NCBI GenBank assembly: GCA_964510515.1 | Contig: CAZEAU010000008.1 | Location: 5,379 to 69,378 of the forward strand | Source of the DNA: an uncultured Actinomycetota bacterium | GTDB lineage: Bacteria; Actinomycetota; Geothermincolia; Geothermincolales; RBG-13-55-18 | Reading direction: 5' to 3' | Length of the DNA stretch: 64,000 bases | Shown: one piece after another, positions 59,894 through 64,000 of the stretch | Position numbering within the stretch: the stretch's first letter is position 1 | Layout of the letters: the number at the start of each line of letters is the position of its first letter | Position numbers and translations under genes: made by a program | The notes under the pieces: model-generated | What the model was told of the DNA's origin: nothing | What the model saw: only the letters and a program-made list of their open reading frames with translations | Database searches by the model: none

Positions 59894-60196
59894 TAATAAC
59901 GTTGAGCGGGAGGGCCCGCGCCATGCGCCACGCCGCTTTTTGCGGAGCGAGAGGAGAGGGGCGCGCCGCGAGGTCGCCCGCCGGGGCGTTGCGTCAAAAC
60001 GGACAGGAAAACCTGGAAACGTATATGCCGAGCGGATATACCGAGCGAGCGCGAGGCCTCCATCCCGGCCCGAAGCGCCGGGGGGAGGAGGGCCTCTCCG
60101 CCCATGGCATCCGCTCGCGCGAGGTCAGGGAGACAAAGCCGGAAAGCCCCATTACATGTAGCACCGGACCGGCATGAGTTCACGGAGGTGGAGGGT

Positions 60197-63100
60197 ATGC
60201 TGTCTAGACAGGGTCACGGGGGGCTGAGAAAGCCCGCGGTAGTGCTGTTCATGGTTCTGCTGCTGCTGGGGGCGCTCGCCCCGCTGGGCATAACCCCCCT
60301 GGACGGCGGGAGAAAGGCCTATGCGGACGGCCCCGGCGGGTCGATCTCCGGCACCGTCAAAGACGCGGATGATAACGCAGTGAAGGAAGTCCGCGTCGAG
60401 GTATGCGACGCGTCAGGCATGGAGGCGGGCATCGCCGATACCGATGAGGACGGCTTCTACGAGGTGGACGGCCTGGAGGCGGGCAACTATTTCGTGTATT
60501 TCTCTCCCCCGCCCCAATATCGCGGCCAGTGGTACGAAGGCGCGCAGGGCCTCGAGGAAGCCGAGCCCGTGGAGGTCGAGGAGGGCGTGGCCACGACGGA
60601 TATCGACGCCACCCTGGATGCGGCGGGCTGGATAACGGGCACCGTCACGGATAAGGGTGATGAGGGCGTGGAGGGCGTGCAGGTCGAGGTCTTTGACGCG
60701 GACGGGAATCCGGCGGGCGTCACCACGTGGACGGATGAAAACGGCGCCTATGTGGCGGGCGGCCTGGAGGCGGGCGAGTACTACATATTTTTCTTCCCCC
60801 CGCACGAATACCTGCGCCAATGGTATGAAGGGGCGGAGGACTTCATGGACGCCACAAAGGTAACGGTAGTGGTGGGCCAAGCCACGGAGGAAATCGACGC
60901 CGCCCTTGAGCCGGCGGGCTGGATAGAGGGCACGGCGACCAGCGCGGTCGAGCCCGAAGGGGTGGAGGGCGTCCAGGTCGTGCTCAACGACGAGCATGGC
61001 AACTGGCTGGGAGAAGCCATGACCGATGAGAACGGTCAATATGTGCTGGGCGGCCAGAAGGCGGGCGAATACTACATATTCTTCTATCCCCCGTATAAAT
61101 ACCTGCCCCAATGGTATGAAGGGGCGGAGGACTTCATGGGCGCCAAAAAGGTAACGGTGGTGGTGGACCAAGCCACGGAGGAAATCGACGCCGCCCTTGA
61201 GTCGGCGGGCTGGATAGAGGGCACGGTCAAAGACGCGCATGGCGACGGAGTGAAGGACGTCCAGGTCGAGGTCTTTGACGAAGGTGGGAACTGGGTCAAC
61301 TTTGGGGTGACCAAGGAGGACGGCAGCTACGCGGCGGGCGGCCTGCATAAGGGCACCTACCGGGTGAGCTTCAGGCCCGATGGCCCCTACTTCCCCCAGT
61401 GGTATGACAACAAGCCGGACTTCGAGAGCGCCACTGATGTTGAGATTGAGAATGTGGGCGAGGCCACGGGGGACATCGACGCCACCCTGGAGGCGGCGGG
61501 CGCGATAAGCGGCACCGTCAAAGACGAGTACGGCCGCACAGTCGGAAATGTCTTCGTGCAGGTCTATGACGCCGATGAGAACTTAATCCGTGAGGTTCCG
61601 ACCCATCCCTTCGCCCAACCCTATGTGGTGAGCGGCCTTCCCACGGGCAAATATAAAGTGTGCTTCTTGCCCCCGCAGGAATACCTGGCCCAATGGTATG
61701 ACAACGAGACGAACTTCGACGATGCCGACGAGGTGGAGGTGGTGCTGGGCGAGACCACGGAGGACATCGACGCCACCCTGGAGGCGGCGGGCTGGATAAG
61801 CGGCACCGTCACCGATACGGAGAATGAGGGCGTGGCGGGCGTCTGGGTCGAGGCCTTCGACGAGAATGAGAACCCGGTGGGCGGCTCGCTGACGGGAGAA
61901 GACGGCGCCTACGAGATGGGCGGCCTTCCCGCGGGCACATACAAGGTGCGCTTCGACCCCCCCCCACAGGAATACCTGCCCCAATGGTATGAAGACAAGC
62001 CGAACTTCGACGATGCCGACGAGGTGGAGGTGGTGCTGGGCGAGACCACGGAGGACATCGACGCCACCCTGCAGCCGGCGGGCTGGATTAAAGGCAAGGT
62101 GACCAGCGCGGTCCAGCCCGATGGGGTGAAGGACGTCTGGGTCGAGGCCTTTGACGAGAATGAGAATTCGGTGGGCAGCTCGCTGACGGAAGAAGACGGC
62201 TCCTACGAGATGAGCGGCCTGGCGGAAGGCACATACAAAGTGCTCTTCGAGCCCCCGCTCGGACACTTCCCCCAATGGTATGAAGACAAGCCGAACTTCG
62301 GGGAAGCCGACGAGGTGGAGGTGGAGGCCGGCAAGGTCACGGAGAACATCGACGCCACCCTGGAGGCGGCGGGCACGATCAGCGGCACCGTGACCAGCGC
62401 GTCCGAGCCGGGCGGCGTGGAAGGCGTCCGCGTCGAGGTCTGGGACCTGTCCCATAACTGCATACGCGAGGCCGAGACCGATGGAAGCGGCGCCTACGAG
62501 ATGGACGGCCTTCCCGCGGGCACATACAAAGTGCGCTTCGAGCCCCCGCCCACATACGCGCCACAATGGTATGACAACGAGAAGAACTTCGACGATGCCG
62601 ACTATGTGGAGGTGGAGGCCGGCAAGGTCACGGAGAACATCGACGCCACCCTGGGTGCGGCGAACGCGATAAGCGGCACCGTCACCGACGAAGGCGGGCA
62701 TGGGGTGGGGAACGTCAAGGTTTACGTCTTTACGACAAGCGAGTCACCGATGCCGATAGCCCTTACGGAGACGGCTACCGACGGTACCTATGAGACCGAG
62801 ATGCTGCCTGTCGGCGAATACAGGGTGGGGTTCGAGCCCCCGGACGACTACCTTCCCCAGTGGTACGACGGCAAGGCAGACTACGAACATGCTGACCCGG
62901 TAGAGGTGAAACTGGGCGAGACCACGGAGAACATAGACGCCACCCTGGAAGCGGCGGGCGTGATAAGCGGCACCGTCACCGACGAAGGCGGGGATGGGGT
63001 GGGGAACGTCAAGGTCAGCGTATATGACCTCGATGAGGAATTCGTGGGCTCTGTATCGACCAACTCCGAGGGCGAATACGAGATGCGCGGCCTGCCTGCG

Positions 63101-64000
63101 GGCAACTACCGGGTAGAGTTCTTTCCTTGGGGAAGCTACCTTCCCCAGTGGTACGACGGCGCGGCGGACTTCGAGCATGCCACCACGATAGAGGTGGAAC
63201 TGGGCGAGACGGTAGGCGGGATAAACGCCGTCCTGGAGCGCAAGGTATGGACCGTCACCGCAAGCGCGGACGCGGGCGGCTCCATCGACCCCGAGGGAGC
63301 CGTCACCGTCACCGAGGGCGACGACCAGACCTTCACCATCGCCCCGGACGAGGGCTGGAGGATAGCCGGCGTCGAGGTGGACGGTAATTCGGTAGGTAAG
63401 GTCACCAGCTACAAGTTCGAGAACGTGACCGCGAACCATACCATCTCGGCCTCCTTCGAAAAGGTATGGATCATCACCGCATCGGCGGGCGCAGGTGGCT
63501 CCATCGAGCCCGAGGGCGAGGTCACCGTCGCCGATGGCGACGACCAGGCCTTCACCATCGACCCGGATGACGGCTACGGCATACTCGATGTGCTGGTGGA
63601 CGGGGAATCGGTGGGCAGGGTCGATACCTACACCTTCGAGGATGTGACCGCTGACCACACCATAGAGGCGCAGTTCGCCAAGCTGTGGACCATCACCGCA
63701 TCGGCGGACCCCGATGAGGGAGGCACGGTCACGGGCGCGGGAATCTACGAGGACGGTGAAGAGGTCACCCTCATAGCCGAGGCCGCCGAGGGCTGGCGCT
63801 TCAAGTACTGGCACGAGGACGAAACGCTGGTGTCCGAAGACGCCACCCTTACCTTCACGGCCGAGGAGGACCGCGACCTGGTGGCGGGCTTCGAGCTGAT
63901 ACCCACCTACACCATCACCGCCAGCGCGGGCGCAGGTGGCACCATCGACCCCTCCGGAGCTGTCACGGTCACCGAGGGCGATGATAAGTCCTTCACCATC
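60197..64000 (+). CDS. Giant acidic secreted/surface protein: 10 carboxypeptidase-regulatory-like beta-sandwich repeats followed by InlB-B/Flg_new-like repeats (3' truncated)
   Basis: GGAGG SD, signal peptide ending KAYA; frame checked at several points and appears open to the window end; ~97-aa units GxIxGTV...G.Y...GL..G.Y.V.F...QWY...IDATL, then ~72-aa T[VI]TASA.AGG.I.P.G units. Confidence 0.88.
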   Translation, partial: MLSRQGHGGLRKPAVVLFMVLLLLGALAPLGITPLDGGRKAYADGPGGSISGTVKDADDNAVKEVRVEVCDASGMEAGIADTDEDGFYEVDGLEAGNYFVYFSPPPQYRGQWYEGAQGLEEAEPVEVEEGVATTDIDATLDAAGWITGTVTDKGDEGVEGVQVEVFDADGNPAGVTTWTDENGAYVAGGLEAGEYYIFFFPPHEYLRQWYEGAEDFMDATKVTVVVGQATEEIDAALEPAGWIEGTATSAVEPEGVEGVQVVLNDEHGNWLGEAMTDENGQYVLGGQKAGEYYIFFYPPYKYLPQWYEGAEDFMGAKKVTVVVDQATEEIDAALESAGWIEGTVKDAHGDGVKDVQVEVFDEGGNWVNFGVTKEDGSYAAGGLHKGTYRVSFRPDGPYFPQWYDNKPDFESATDVEIENVGEATGDIDATLEAAGAISGTVKDEYGRTVGNVFVQVYDADENLIREVPTHPFAQPYVVSGLPTGKYKVCFLPPQEYLAQWYDNETNFDDADEVEVVLGETTEDIDATLEAAGWISGTVTDTENEGVAGVWVEAFDENENPVGGSLTGEDGAYEMGGLPAGTYKVRFDPPPQEYLPQWYEDKPNFDDADEVEVVLGETTEDIDATLQPAGWIKGKVTSAVQPDGVKDVWVEAFDENENSVGSSLTEEDGSYEMSGLAEGTYKVLFEPPLGHFPQWYEDKPNFGEADEVEVEAGKVTENIDATLEAAGTISGTVTSASEPGGVEGVRVEVWDLSHNCIREAETDGSGAYEMDGLPAGTYKVRFEPPPTYAPQWYDNEKNFDDADYVEVEAGKVTENIDATLGAANAISGTVTDEGGHGVGNVKVYVFTTSESPMPIALTETATDGTYETEMLPVGEYRVGFEPPDDYLPQWYDGKADYEHADPVEVKLGETTENIDATLEAAGVISGTVTDEGGDGVGNVKVSVYDLDEEFVGSVSTNSEGEYEMRGLPAGNYRVEFFPWGSYLPQWYDGAADFEHATTIEVELGETVGGINAVLERKVWTVTASADAGGSIDPEGAVTVTEGDDQTFTIAPDEGWRIAGVEVDGNSVGKVTSYKFENVTANHTISASFEKVWIITASAGAGGSIEPEGEVTVADGDDQAFTIDPDDGYGILDVLVDGESVGRVDTYTFEDVTADHTIEAQFAKLWTITASADPDEGGTVTGAGIYEDGEEVTLIAEAAEGWRFKYWHEDETLVSEDATLTFTAEEDRDLVAGFELIPTYTITASAGAGGTIDPSGAVTVTEGDDKSFTI

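Noticed and set aside
60118-60180. c-di-GMP-I riboswitch (GGGAGACAAAGCC resemblance)
   Set aside because: The GGCAAACC/GNRA-receptor elements are missing; the match is too weak.

Overview
High-GC bacterial chromosomal window from a probable anaerobe (aldehyde:ferredoxin oxidoreductase, superoxide reductase, orange-protein cluster). Gene style, leaderless starts and WYLAE-type surface domains suggest a deep-branching actinomycete, but this is inference only. It holds about 60 mostly metabolic and signalling CDSs and four tRNAs (Ser-GCT, Ser-CGA, Arg-ACG, Ser-GGA). Two genes are missing from the ORF track: a 50-aa Lys-rich protein and a giant repetitive surface protein that runs off the right end. 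Main observations: (1) five sigma-28/WhiG-type promoters in front of a histidine kinase-response regulator pair, a diguanylate cyclase, an output-less HAMP membrane protein, a small helical protein and the giant surface protein, which may form a c-di-GMP-linked regulon; (2) a three-gene operon of unknown function (tandem PH-like protein plus two zinc-ribbon proteins); (3) an integrase-less ~1 kb island in tRNA-Ser(CGA) carrying an MNT-HEPN pair whose toxin is frameshifted by a 4-bp duplication; (4) a divergent orange-protein (NifB/NifX-like)/MinD-FeS/Mrp cluster with twin CATATG-centred palindromes exactly 100 bp apart; (5) several local tandem duplications and gene relics. No CRISPR array, integrase or transposase was found. 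All family calls come from reading motifs; no database searches were run.
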